A DNA stretch of 64,000 bases from NCBI GenBank assembly GCA_964519305.1, contig CAZFHY010000018.1, positions 11,628 to 75,627 of the forward strand, given 5' to 3'. Each line of letters starts with the position of its first letter. Position 1 is the stretch's first letter. Positions 40,794 through 50,354 of this stretch are shown here, piece after piece. The position numbers were made by a program, and so were the translations under genes. This DNA is from Candidatus Undinarchaeota archaeon. Its GTDB lineage: Archaea; SpSt-1190; JASMDC01. The notes under the pieces are model-generated. The model made no database searches and was not told where the DNA came from. It saw nothing but the letters and a program-made list of their open reading frames with translations.

Positions 40794-41318
40794 CTAGAGG
40801 AGTACGGCGTAGCTGAGCGCCCCCGCGGCCGCTATGGCATAGCCAAGGAAGCCGCCGATGTCGTACCCGTCCTTGTCATCATGGTCGTGATCGTGGTCCT
40901 TCTTGTAGCCACGGTCGTCATCATCGTCATCGTGCTTGTGATCGTCGTCGTAGTCGTCCTTCGTCTTCTTCTTCTGTTCGGCTGCCGGGTGGGCGTGCTT
41001 GGATTGGGGATCGACCTCTTTCTTTTCGGACCCCTTCTTCTTCGACTTGCCCTTCGTTGACTTGCTGGGGCCGAAGAAATGCTTGTCGAGGGAATCGCCG
41101 ACCTCCTCGTTGTACTTCTTCTTACCCTGCTCCTTTAGGACGTAGGATGAGTAACCCATGTGGTATCCGAGTCCGCTCGTGATGACATAGGCGCCTTTTA
41201 TTCCGGGGAAGGCGGCCTCGAGAAGAGGCGTAGCGTGGATACCGGCGAGCATACCGAGTGTGCAGTATACGGTCCGCTCCCAGTACACTCCTAGATCCTC
41301 AGTAAAGAACTCTGACAT
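40794..41318 (-). CDS. Hypothetical membrane protein with Lys-rich and His/Asp-rich tracts
   Basis: DDYDDDHKHDDDDDDRGYKKDHDHDHDDKDG followed by a C-terminal hydrophobic anchor. Confidence 0.65.
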   Translation of the reverse strand: MSEFFTEDLGVYWERTVYCTLGMLAGIHATPLLEAAFPGIKGAYVITSGLGYHMGYSSYVLKEQGKKKYNEEVGDSLDKHFFGPSKSTKGKSKKKGSEKKEVDPQSKHAHPAAEQKKKTKDDYDDDHKHDDDDDDRGYKKDHDHDHDDKDGYDIGGFLGYAIAAAGALSYAVLL

Positions 41319-41606
41319 CCTTCTCACCCGTTCTTCTGGGCCGGTTCATCCCACAATGTTTAAAAGTATTTCGTATTTCGTGGCCGCGGCCCCCATTCGC
41401 GAGAGTTTTGGGGTCTAATGGGCGATAAAACGGATAATCTGGCGGTTATTTGGTCAACGGGAGTATATGGTCGGTTATGGCCTCCTTATCGAAAGGATTA
41501 TCCCGTACGTTATGCTGGTTCTGTCCACAATCCACTGTACAGAGCTAGAACTAATGGAATAGATGAGGGGGCATATCGCCCCCGTGTATCGACGTGCGCT
41601 CCGGTT

Positions 41607-42737
41607 TCAGATCTTGATCCTGTCGGTCATGCCCACGGACCCGAAGGCCTTCATGAACATAGCGGCACCGAAGTAGGCACGTGCCTCAAGGGCCTTGAGA
41701 GTATCGGGGTTCAGGGCGTGGAGCTCATCGAAGAACTGCTTGATGGCGAACTTCGAGTACTTGCCGAACACCTCGATATCCCGCGTCATACCCTTCTTGG
41801 CGGCCTCCTCGCTATAGGTGTCAAGGGTCCAGCTCCAGATCTTCTGGTACAGTTCGGGCTCGAACACTTCGAGGGTCTCCCAGACGATGTTCATCCAGAA
41901 CGTACCCACGTTCCCCTTGAGGATGTGACCCTTGGGGAAGTCGCTGTTGATGAGCGGGAGGGGCGTTCCGGTGATGCCGTGCTGGGCGACCTTCACGTTC
42001 ATGGGGGCGATGGCCTTAGCGATGTCCACCGTGCGGGGGATGTTGATGGTCACCTGCTCGATAGGATTGCCGTTCTCATCGTAGATGTTGCCGTGAGTAG
42101 AGCCGTTGGCGATGGCCAGGAGGTCAGGCTCGACACCGTTCTCCTTGAGCGCCTTGATGTAGGTGGCGGCCTCGTCCACTGTGGTGAGCACAAGTCCACT
42201 GGTGTCCTTCTTCCCCACCTCGCCGACCTCGCACTCCAGGCCGAAGTCCTTGGAGCCGTAGTGCTCGGCGATGAAGTGCGCGAGCTCCGTGGTCACGGCG
42301 ATGTTCTTGGCAAGCTCCTCCAGGGTGGTCTTACCGTCGTGGTCGAATAGGTAGGATGCATCGATGGCGAACGAGGTGAAGCCGGCATCGATGTGGCCCT
42401 TGATGAGCTCCTTGGTGGCGGCAACGTCACCCGCGTCACCCTTCTTGAGGGTTATATGGTCAGCGTGGAGCGCCCAGAAGGGCCAACCGACCTCGTCGGC
42501 CACTTCCTTCACGGCGGTGGCGTAGGAAGCGGGAGAGTGGCCTGTGTAGCCGCGCTCTAGGTTGCACTCGCTACGGGCCAGCTCGAAGATAATAGGCGCT
42601 TTAAGGTCCTTTGCAGCGCGCAGGATGCCGCGTACTACGCCGGGCACGACGCGTGTGTTGGCGGCCATGATGATGGCCTTCTCGTTGATCAGGGACTGGA
42701 TGATGCGGTTTCCGGGTTTGGGCGGGTTTGTCGCCAT
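41607..42737 (-). CDS. fba: Class II fructose-bisphosphate aldolase
   Basis: LHADH, FAIDAS, ECEVGEVG, IANGSTHG, AQHGITG, KGNVGT. Confidence 0.9.
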   Translation of the reverse strand: MATNPPKPGNRIIQSLINEKAIIMAANTRVVPGVVRGILRAAKDLKAPIIFELARSECNLERGYTGHSPASYATAVKEVADEVGWPFWALHADHITLKKGDAGDVAATKELIKGHIDAGFTSFAIDASYLFDHDGKTTLEELAKNIAVTTELAHFIAEHYGSKDFGLECEVGEVGKKDTSGLVLTTVDEAATYIKALKENGVEPDLLAIANGSTHGNIYDENGNPIEQVTINIPRTVDIAKAIAPMNVKVAQHGITGTPLPLINSDFPKGHILKGNVGTFWMNIVWETLEVFEPELYQKIWSWTLDTYSEEAAKKGMTRDIEVFGKYSKFAIKQFFDELHALNPDTLKALEARAYFGAAMFMKAFGSVGMTDRIKI

Positions 42738-42853
42738 GGTAATCGTCTCCAATAGGTCTATCCTGTGTAACGCTCAACGAGCAAGGATTTTTAATTGCAT
42801 CGGTCGGTGCGCGCCTCGACCGCAGGCGGTAGAGGCCCGCTCTACTCGACTGG

Positions 42854-42890
42854 AAAAAAAGAGGGGCGGGACCTTATAGGCCCCGCCCGC
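42854..42890 (-). terminator. Hairpin plus T-tract after trpB2
   Basis: Minus strand gggcggggcc-tataa-ggtcccgccc followed by ctcttttttt. Confidence 0.65.
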
Positions 42891-42917
42891 GTCCGTACGT
42901 CCGTCGTTCCGTTCCCC

Positions 42918-44222
42918 TTACTTCAGCTTGCCTTCCAAGTAGGCCTCGTACCCGCCCAGGTCCAGAAGTCCGTGACCCGAGAGGTTGAACACGATGACGC
43001 GTTCCTCGTTCGCCTCCTTGGCGGCCTTTGCCTCGCGGATGGCAGCGGCCACCGCGTGAGCGGTCTCCGGGGCGATAAGGATGCCCTCGCTCTTGGCGAA
43101 AATGTCACCAGCAAGGAACGCCTCCTTCTGCTCTACGGCGATCGCGTCGATGATCTTCTGATCGTTGAGGGCGCTGACGATGGGCGCGTCCCCGTGGTAT
43201 CGCAGTCCGCCCGCGTAGATCGGCGGGGGCACGAAGTCGTGGCCCAGGCTGTTCATCTTGAGCAGCGGTGTCAGGCAGGCCGTATCCCCGTGATCGTACT
43301 TGTACGGGCCCTTGGTGAGGGTCGGTACGGTGGTCGGTTCCACACCGAGGAACCTCGTTCCCTTCATCTCCCCTCTCAGCGTCTTGCCCACGGATGGTAG
43401 CACGAACCCTCCGAAGTTGGATCCACCGCCGACGCACCCGATGAGCACGTCCGGTTTCTCGTCCGCCATCTTCAGCTGCGCGATCAGCTCCTGACCGATG
43501 ACCGTCTGGTGCATTAGCACGTGGTTGAGCACCGAGCCGAGCGAGTAGCAGATATCCTCGTTCTTAGCGGCCGTCTCGACGGCCTCGCTGATGGCGATCC
43601 CCAGGCTCCCCGGGTGTTCCGGGTCCTTGGCGAGGAGGGCCTTGCCAGACTCCGTCTTCTGGCTCGGCGAGGCGTAGACGGTCGAGCCGTACATCTGCAT
43701 GAGCGTCCGCCTGTAGGGCTTCTGCTGGTAGGAACAGCGCACCATGAACACCGTGCAGTCCAGGTTGAACATCGAGCATCCGAGCGAGAGCGCCGAGCCC
43801 CACTGGCCAGCGCCGGTCTCGGTGGCGATGCCCGATAGTCCGGCCTCGGCCGCGTAATAGGCCTGGGCGATGGCCGTGTTGGACTTGTGGCTCCCGGTGA
43901 GCGACACGTCCTCGCGCTTGAAGTAGATACGTGCGGGTGTGTTGAGCACCTTTTCGAGCCGTCTTGCCCGGTATAGCGGTGTGGGCCTGCCGTTCCGCAG
44001 GTACGCTGCTCGTACCTCGTCCGGGATGTCGATGTACCGTTCCTGGCTCACCTCCTGCTTGATGATCTCCATGGGGAAGATCGGTGCCAGCGCCTCGGGG
44101 CCGATGGGCTCGTTGGTAGCCGGATTCAGTGGCGGAGGCAACGGCTCCGGGAGGTCCGCCTGGATGTTGTAGTAACGCTTTGGTACGTCGTTCTCGTCAA
44201 GTATGAACCGTTCCTTTGCCAT
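42918..44222 (-). CDS. trpB2: Tryptophan synthase beta, TrpB2 type
   Basis: [17 protein letters not shown] (PLP Lys), [33 protein letters not shown]; start MAKERF at 44222. Confidence 0.95.
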   Translation of the reverse strand: MAKERFILDENDVPKRYYNIQADLPEPLPPPLNPATNEPIGPEALAPIFPMEIIKQEVSQERYIDIPDEVRAAYLRNGRPTPLYRARRLEKVLNTPARIYFKREDVSLTGSHKSNTAIAQAYYAAEAGLSGIATETGAGQWGSALSLGCSMFNLDCTVFMVRCSYQQKPYRRTLMQMYGSTVYASPSQKTESGKALLAKDPEHPGSLGIAISEAVETAAKNEDICYSLGSVLNHVLMHQTVIGQELIAQLKMADEKPDVLIGCVGGGSNFGGFVLPSVGKTLRGEMKGTRFLGVEPTTVPTLTKGPYKYDHGDTACLTPLLKMNSLGHDFVPPPIYAGGLRYHGDAPIVSALNDQKIIDAIAVEQKEAFLAGDIFAKSEGILIAPETAHAVAAAIREAKAAKEANEERVIVFNLSGHGLLDLGGYEAYLEGKLK

Positions 44223-44265
44223 ATCAATCCCCTCGAGATGATTTCTGTTAGTTCTCGCAGTAAAA

Positions 44266-44281
44266 TGTACATTTGTGAACA
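44266..44281. promoter_or_regulatory. Tandem TRP boxes (TrpY operator)
   Basis: TGTACA-TTTG-TGAACA between divergent trpB2 and trpY; matches the TGTACA boxes described for Methanothermobacter TrpY. Confidence 0.75.
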
Positions 44282-44311
44282 AATATAAACTTATTCGTGC
44301 ATTTATTATCT

Positions 44312-44815
44312 ATGTGGTCAGCGGTTAGTGATCGGTTCAACGGACGCAGGGCACAGCTCAGGGTGGCGCGTGCGCTCTACGCCCGGGGGCTGGCCGTGAA
44401 CGATGAGGGCCGTGTCCACACGAGCGGTGTCCCCGTCTCCCATGCCGGACTGGCCCGAACCATCGGTGTCGACCGCCGTGTCGTGGACCAGACCTGTCGC
44501 ACCATCCTCGACGATACCATCCTCAGCGCCGTATTCCGGAACCTGCGTCCCCAGCCTGCACTGCGGGACGTGGCGTCACATCTAGGGCTGGTGGCCCTGC
44601 GCATCTCCCCGGACGATGCTGCGAAGCGGGGTCTGCTCTCGCGTATATCGACTGCCATCGCAGAGTTCGACGTTGGTATCCACCAGGCCATCGCCGAGGA
44701 CCCTTCCTTCAACGAGGAGCCCTACCTACTTCTCGTGCTCGACAAGGAGCTTCCGGACGGGCTGGTCAAGCGACTGCGCCGTGTCGAGGGTGTGAGGAGC
44801 ATCACGATCGTGTGA
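44312..44815 (+). CDS. trpY: TrpY-family HTH/ACT regulator (COG2150)
   Basis: MW..V..RF, LARTIGVDRRVV HTH, C-terminal ACT (GIHQAIAEDP); divergent from trpB2. Confidence 0.82.
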   Translation: MWSAVSDRFNGRRAQLRVARALYARGLAVNDEGRVHTSGVPVSHAGLARTIGVDRRVVDQTCRTILDDTILSAVFRNLRPQPALRDVASHLGLVALRISPDDAAKRGLLSRISTAIAEFDVGIHQAIAEDPSFNEEPYLLLVLDKELPDGLVKRLRRVEGVRSITIV

Positions 44816-44867
44816 GCGCTCCCGGCCACCATCACTCTTTTAAACGTGTCCGTGCCAGCGGCAGCCC

Positions 44868-45293
44868 ATGGACGCAGTCATGCTCTCGCTCCTTGCATCG
44901 TTCTTCTGGGGGACGACCGTTGTGGCCGAGAAGGTCATCGTCGACCTCGATGTCGACATCCGAACGCTCGCCTGCCTCAAGCACCTCATCGGGAGCGTTT
45001 GCTTCATGGCCTGGCTGATGGCGTCCTCGGGAGGACGGCAGCTCATCGTGCCCCGCGCAGCCTGGACCCCGCTCATGTACACGGCCGTGATCGGCTCGTT
45101 CCTAGGCTTCTGGTTCTACTTCAGCGCCCTGGAGCTCGAGGACTCTTCAAAAGTGGCCTTCATCTCATCGACTTACCCGCTCTTCGCCGTGCTCACAGCG
45201 CTTGTGGTCCTCAACGAGGACGTGAACTACACATTCCTGGCGGGTGGTGGCGGGCTCATCCTGACCGGTGTCTATATCATATCGCAGGCATGA
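44868..45293 (+). CDS. EamA/DMT family single-domain transporter
   Basis: About five TM segments, FFWG, YFSAL, SKVAFISSTYPLF..LNE. Confidence 0.85.
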   Translation: MDAVMLSLLASFFWGTTVVAEKVIVDLDVDIRTLACLKHLIGSVCFMAWLMASSGGRQLIVPRAAWTPLMYTAVIGSFLGFWFYFSALELEDSSKVAFISSTYPLFAVLTALVVLNEDVNYTFLAGGGGLILTGVYIISQA

Positions 45294-45367
45294 GACTACT
45301 TGAGAAACTCCTCGAGCAGGATCATCGTCAGCATCAACACGGGACCATGCACTTATGGCTGGTATCG

Positions 45368-46715
45368 ATAAAAAACCATCGTACACGGGACGCTGTCTAT
45401 CCGACAGTGAAGTCCGAGGATTCGCTTATACGAGTCTTGGTGACCTTGTCATCGACAACGACCACCTTCATCTGGTAGTCGCCGGCCTCTACCGGTGACT
45501 TGAGCGACAGCTTGTACACGCCCCAGTTATCGGTACGAACGCACTTGCACATACCACACCGGGAATCGACCTCGCACACGATGTCACCTTTACGACAGCC
45601 CGCCTCCCCCATCTCCGATTGGATGCACAGGATGACGGCGCCAACGGACGCGTGCTTCACCGGTGAGCCGTCCGGTTTGGACACCGATCCCTCCATTACG
45701 ATGGGCTCGTCAGGGTAGAAGTACGACGAGACGACCAGTGGCGTCATGGACATGGGCTGGGACTTGATGACCACGGCGAACATCAGGATGGACATCGTGA
45801 GCATGATCATCGAGTGTTTGAACCCTGCGATCACCGAGCCGTCGCCGATCTCACCGGCGATGAGGCCATTGTAGATACCCTCGATGTAGCACATGTTCAT
45901 GAACAGGGTGCGGTAGCTGCCTGTGGTGAGCGCCTTCCCGCCTGTGGAACCGAACATGCTCGACAGACCCGAGGACTTCTGCATCACGAGCAGGGGTTTG
46001 AGGATGGTCGTGAGAGCGTAGATAATGATGAGGAAGATGATGTGGATAACGTACATGATCATGACCTGTGCCGACATCTTGGCCTTCTGCTCGGCCTCCA
46101 GGTCCTTGACCAGACGTGCGTCCTGTGCCACCGACTCCATGGTCTCGGCGACGTCACCACCCGAGCGGTATGCCTCGATGATGATACCCATCGACTGCTG
46201 GATGAACGATGACTGGTTGTTACGTTCAATGAACATCTCGATGACACGGGGGAACGGGATACCCCAGGAGAGCTGGGATGCCATGATCCGGACCTCGGGC
46301 GAGAGCGGTCCGTAATCGGTCTTGGCGGCGTTGGTCAGACCCTGTGGGATGGTCATACCGGACCGACGCGCTTCTGCGATATAACGCAGGAAGTTGGGCA
46401 GGGACTCCTCCATCTTGTGGATACGGGAGAACTCCTGGTACTGGACGAAAGCGTAGGGCCCGCCCATGGAGAGCACTCCTACGATGATGATCGATGCGAA
46501 CGATTCGGCCCCCATGTCGGGGTCCGTGAACCGCATGAACACACCGTACATGATGATGCTCAGCCCGATGAACGCGGCGAAGATGACCACGAGCATCTGC
46601 TTGTCCTCGCGTATCTCAAGAAGCTTCTGACGCAGGCTCACGGGCACACCTCCTTGTACGGTAGCATCAGGTCCCTATATAGACTATACGTGTCGCGAGA
46701 ATAAAAAACCATCGT
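45368..46715 (-). repeat. Identical 15-bp ACGATGGTTTTTTAT after both pilus platform genes (45368-45382 and 46701-46715)
   Basis: Exact match 11-14 nt past each stop codon; terminator-like T6. Confidence 0.6.
45397..46647 (-). CDS. Type II/IV secretion platform protein (TadC/FlaJ-like) with fused C-terminal Cys-rich domain
   Basis: LPNFLRYIAE..SG, YGPLS, SWG.PF, AYRSGG, GLIAGEIG.GS...G.KH; then a 116-aa soluble extension. Confidence 0.9.
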   Translation of the reverse strand: MPVSLRQKLLEIREDKQMLVVIFAAFIGLSIIMYGVFMRFTDPDMGAESFASIIIVGVLSMGGPYAFVQYQEFSRIHKMEESLPNFLRYIAEARRSGMTIPQGLTNAAKTDYGPLSPEVRIMASQLSWGIPFPRVIEMFIERNNQSSFIQQSMGIIIEAYRSGGDVAETMESVAQDARLVKDLEAEQKAKMSAQVMIMYVIHIIFLIIIYALTTILKPLLVMQKSSGLSSMFGSTGGKALTTGSYRTLFMNMCYIEGIYNGLIAGEIGDGSVIAGFKHSMIMLTMSILMFAVVIKSQPMSMTPLVVSSYFYPDEPIVMEGSVSKPDGSPVKHASVGAVILCIQSEMGEAGCRKGDIVCEVDSRCGMCKCVRTDNWGVYKLSLKSPVEAGDYQMKVVVVDDKVTKTRISESSDFTVG

Positions 46716-46726
46716 TCCGGTGCCGC

Positions 46727-47686
46727 TCATGTCGACACCACCACATAGACGATGACGACGAAAGTGAGCGCCCCCAGGATGAGTATCTCGTATGTGCTGT
46801 CCGCCTTGGCCACAGGTGACATGGTCATGACCATGACGATGAATCCGTCCGCCGCTAGTGGCAACATTATCAACATGCCCTTCTGGAGGAGAGGCATGAT
46901 GCTCCCCCCGCCCATGACCGTCATGACCGCAGACATGACCACGAAGAACACTGATCCTACGATGACGACGGTGATGTACATCTCCACCAACATCGAAAGC
47001 TGCTCTACGTAGGAGTCCAGTGATCGGCGGTACACGTTCATGTACTCGCGCGACTTCTCGTGGAGGAGGATCTTGAGGTCACCGCCCGTGGTGATCGTAT
47101 CCTTGATATCCCACAGCAGGTCCTTGAACTGCTCGGACGCCTGGCGTCCGGAGGCGCGCTCCAGGGCGGTGGGTACGTCCATACCGAAGATCTCGATATC
47201 ACGGGTGATGAGCTTTGCCTCCTGGCTCACGTCCCCGTACTGGTCGAACTTCGACATGATCTTGAAGATGTTCTGCGGCGGCATCCCTGATCCTGCCATT
47301 GTGGCCAGGTACGTCGTTGCGAACGGTAGGATGTTGTCGATGGACTTCTTCTTCCCAGCGACGATGATCGCTGGATAGACATAGAACATCGTAAGTACCG
47401 CCACGAACATGAACGTCCAACCGAACACCGCTCCGAACACGACGATGATGATCGTGTTAGGTGCGAATGGGTCCAGGAGGATCATCAGCACGCACGTGGG
47501 AACAAGAAGGAGGATGGGCAGGATCAGAGAGCTCATGATGGCCGCGGACACGTACTCCTCTGCCGTCAGACGGATGCTGGCCTTACGCAGGTCGTTGCGG
47601 ATGTCGGTGAGCGACGAGCCGTACGACTCGACAAGGCTGCCGAACAGTGAGTATGAGAAACGAAGATACTCTTCCGCAAAGGTCAT
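46727..47686 (-). CDS. Type II/IV secretion platform protein (TadB/TadC-like)
   Basis: LPFATTYLATMAGSG, YGDVS.E, G.D..TAL, TTGGDL, E.Y. Confidence 0.9.
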   Translation of the reverse strand: MTFAEEYLRFSYSLFGSLVESYGSSLTDIRNDLRKASIRLTAEEYVSAAIMSSLILPILLLVPTCVLMILLDPFAPNTIIIVVFGAVFGWTFMFVAVLTMFYVYPAIIVAGKKKSIDNILPFATTYLATMAGSGMPPQNIFKIMSKFDQYGDVSQEAKLITRDIEIFGMDVPTALERASGRQASEQFKDLLWDIKDTITTGGDLKILLHEKSREYMNVYRRSLDSYVEQLSMLVEMYITVVIVGSVFFVVMSAVMTVMGGGSIMPLLQKGMLIMLPLAADGFIVMVMTMSPVAKADSTYEILILGALTFVVIVYVVVST

Positions 47687-49683
47687 TAGACCTCACCGCG
47701 CGTCCATTGCCGGATCCTCTCGGGATCCACGTAGTAGGTCTCGATGAACTTCGATACACGCTCGAAGTCCGTGATGTTGTTGTCATTGAGCCATTCAATG
47801 AGCTTCGACCGTCTGTAGAGCTCGGCGAGGACCTCGTCCTTGGAGATACCGCGGTTGACCCTGACCTTCTCCATGACCACGCTCTCCTCGAGCGCGGCGA
47901 TGTTGTCCTCGGTGGGGTCCCACTCGAACACGAACCGGGTGACTACCTCCTTGGTGTCCCCGTCCACGCCCGCTATCTCCACGAGCTGGTTGACGCGGCG
48001 CACATAGTGCTTGCCCAAACGTGCACGGATGAGGAACACGACGATGTCAAGGCTCTCGAGGAGCACCGCGGGAAGGTTGATCGGCTTTGTTGTGAGACGA
48101 TTGATGAGCTTCTCCATGTTCTCTGCGTGGATGGTGCCCATCCCGGCGTGACCCGTGGACATGGCCTGGAACATGATGGCGGCCTCGTCGCCACGCACCT
48201 CCCCCACGAGGAGGTAATCAGGGCGCTGACGCAGTGCGGCCTTGAGCAGGTCGAACATCGATACTCCGCCCACACCATGCGAGCCCGCAGCGGCCCGTGC
48301 CACCTGGGGCAGCCAGTTGGGGTGGGGCAGACGCAGCTCTGCTGTGTCCTCGATAGAGACGATCTTCTGTTCGGGCTTGATGAAGAGAGAGATGGCGTTG
48401 AGCATGGTCGTCTTTCCCGTGGCTGTAGCTCCGGAAACGAGGACCGATTTGCTCCCCTCTACCGCGAGCCACAGGTAAGCGAGCACCTCGGGCGTCACCG
48501 TACCGGACCGCACCATCTTGATGGGCGTGACCGGCTCCTTCGAGAACTTACGGATGGTGAAGTTGGAACCGCGCTTGGATATATCGGTACCGAAGGTAGC
48601 CTGGACACGGCTCCCGTCGGGCAACGCTCCGTCGAGTAGAGGGTCGGCCACTGAGATGGCCCTGCCACACCGCTGGGAGAGCTTCATGACGAAGTTGTCC
48701 AACAGGTCCTTGCTCTCGAACTCTACCGACGTGGCGATCTCACCGAAGAGAGGATTGTTATGGGCGATAAAGACCGGGATGCTGTAGCCATCGCACGAGA
48801 TGTCCTCAATAGCGGGATCATGGAGCAGGGGCTCGAGGTTGTTGAGCCCTATGAAGTCGCGGACGACGAAGTAGATGACCTTCTCCAGCTGGTCGGGAGA
48901 AAGAACGTAGCCGAAGTAGTTCAGGAACTCGTACACCTTGTTGACGAGGAACTCTTGCTGGAACGCGCCCCCACCCTCGAAGTTGACGTCCATGCGTTCC
49001 TGGAGCTTCACTTGGATCTCCTTGAACACCTGTTCCTCCTCGGGCGACATCTGGGGCTCGATGACCGTGTAGACCAGCGATTTGGTCTGCTGGTTGTAGC
49101 GGATATTGGCCCACGTCAGGGTGCGCTCCGGGTTCAGAGGGCTCTGCATGAGCGGGTACGTCTGGTTGACGTTCCTTAGCTCCTGGGATTCCTCCTCTTT
49201 CGCCCGCTGGATCTCCTCGAACTTGTCCTCCAGCCCGAGCTCGGCCATCTCCTCCAGGGTGAGGAGCTTGATGCCCGCCTGTTTGTCAGAGGCTCCTGGC
49301 CGCCTCTTGGACGCGACCTTCACTTCGCCCCCGCCACCACCGCCGCTCGCTTGCTGGCGCATGGCGCGCATCTCTTCGAGGAGCGCTTCCTGCTGGAAGC
49401 CGAACTCCTCGATGAGCCCTTCATCACTTCCGCCGCTCCTGGGAGCGGGTGCCGGCATGGAGTCCATGCGCTGGAGGATCTTGAGGATAGCGGCCTCGAC
49501 AGCGGGGCTCGATACCCCGCCACCTCCGCCGCCGGTCACGATGACCGGTGCCGGTGCGACATCGACGTTCACGGGATTGATCGAGGCACGTATGACGCGT
49601 TTCCTGTCGCGATGGCTCTTCCTTCTAATGAGCGAGAGTTTACCCTTCACGATCCCATCAACGATGCGCTTCTTCTTTTTCAC
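47686..49683 (-). CDS. Type IV pilus assembly ATPase (VirB11/FlaI family) with low-complexity N-terminal extension
   Basis: IEDISCDG, LPDGSR, FTIRKF, GATATGKTT, IEDTAEL, LRQRPDY..VGEVRG, TGH..TIHA. Confidence 0.95.
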   Translation of the reverse strand: MKKKKRIVDGIVKGKLSLIRRKSHRDRKRVIRASINPVNVDVAPAPVIVTGGGGGGVSSPAVEAAILKILQRMDSMPAPAPRSGGSDEGLIEEFGFQQEALLEEMRAMRQQASGGGGGGEVKVASKRRPGASDKQAGIKLLTLEEMAELGLEDKFEEIQRAKEEESQELRNVNQTYPLMQSPLNPERTLTWANIRYNQQTKSLVYTVIEPQMSPEEEQVFKEIQVKLQERMDVNFEGGGAFQQEFLVNKVYEFLNYFGYVLSPDQLEKVIYFVVRDFIGLNNLEPLLHDPAIEDISCDGYSIPVFIAHNNPLFGEIATSVEFESKDLLDNFVMKLSQRCGRAISVADPLLDGALPDGSRVQATFGTDISKRGSNFTIRKFSKEPVTPIKMVRSGTVTPEVLAYLWLAVEGSKSVLVSGATATGKTTMLNAISLFIKPEQKIVSIEDTAELRLPHPNWLPQVARAAAGSHGVGGVSMFDLLKAALRQRPDYLLVGEVRGDEAAIMFQAMSTGHAGMGTIHAENMEKLINRLTTKPINLPAVLLESLDIVVFLIRARLGKHYVRRVNQLVEIAGVDGDTKEVVTRFVFEWDPTEDNIAALEESVVMEKVRVNRGISKDEVLAELYRRSKLIEWLNDNNITDFERVSKFIETYYVDPERIRQWTRGEV

Positions 49684-49721
49684 GGCCGCATCCGCCCTCG
49701 TAGCCAGCGAGAACCGCGTGG

Positions 49722-50348
49722 CTACTGCATCTCTTCAATACATAATGCGTTATATACTTTATCGGACCCGATCATGCGGTACGGCTTGAAGAGACGTACT
49801 ACCATCTTTCTTCCGCTGGGGAAAGCTATGGGGAATATCTCACCATAGAAATCGCTAGTCGGCGACTCTTCCTTCCAGCTCTTACAATTACAGCAGGAGA
49901 CGTTAACGTCCTCAAGACCGGTGACTAGTACGTCCTTGCGCGCCTTGCCCGGGATCTTGACGGACACGACGATGGCCTTCTTCCGCCGGTCGTGGGACAC
50001 GTGCATCAGATAGGGCTCGTTCGCGAGCATCTCGGGGATGTCGAGGCGCAGCTCTGAGACTGCGATGGGGTCCGGTGTCGGCGATTTCAGGTGTTTGCCC
50101 GATTCGTATACGATGAGGATCGCCGAGGCGGTGTAGTCCGCGATCTCTTCGATGTACCGCTCTATCAGGATCGTGACGACCTTCTCGTTCGTGAATGAGA
50201 ACACAGTCGCTACCATCCCGAGCACCATGACACCGGCGCCGAAGGTCAGGACAGCCTCAATGATGAGCTGCTGTCCACGCTCATGTGTGAGTATACGGGA
50301 ACGTGGCCCACGCGGCCGGCGGACGGAGCGTCGGCGGTTCACCATCAC
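49722..50348 (-). CDS. Pilin-like protein, class III signal peptide
   Basis: Basic N-terminus, ERG|QQLIIEAVL then a hydrophobic helix. Confidence 0.75.
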   Translation of the reverse strand: MMVNRRRSVRRPRGPRSRILTHERGQQLIIEAVLTFGAGVMVLGMVATVFSFTNEKVVTILIERYIEEIADYTASAILIVYESGKHLKSPTPDPIAVSELRLDIPEMLANEPYLMHVSHDRRKKAIVVSVKIPGKARKDVLVTGLEDVNVSCCNCKSWKEESPTSDFYGEIFPIAFPSGRKMVVRLFKPYRMIGSDKVYNALCIEEMQ

Positions 50349-50354
50349 AGTGAC

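Noticed and set aside
41330-41606. Replication origin near gyrBA
   Set aside because: No ORB repeats or cdc6/orc1 gene; only one weak DnaA-box-like word.
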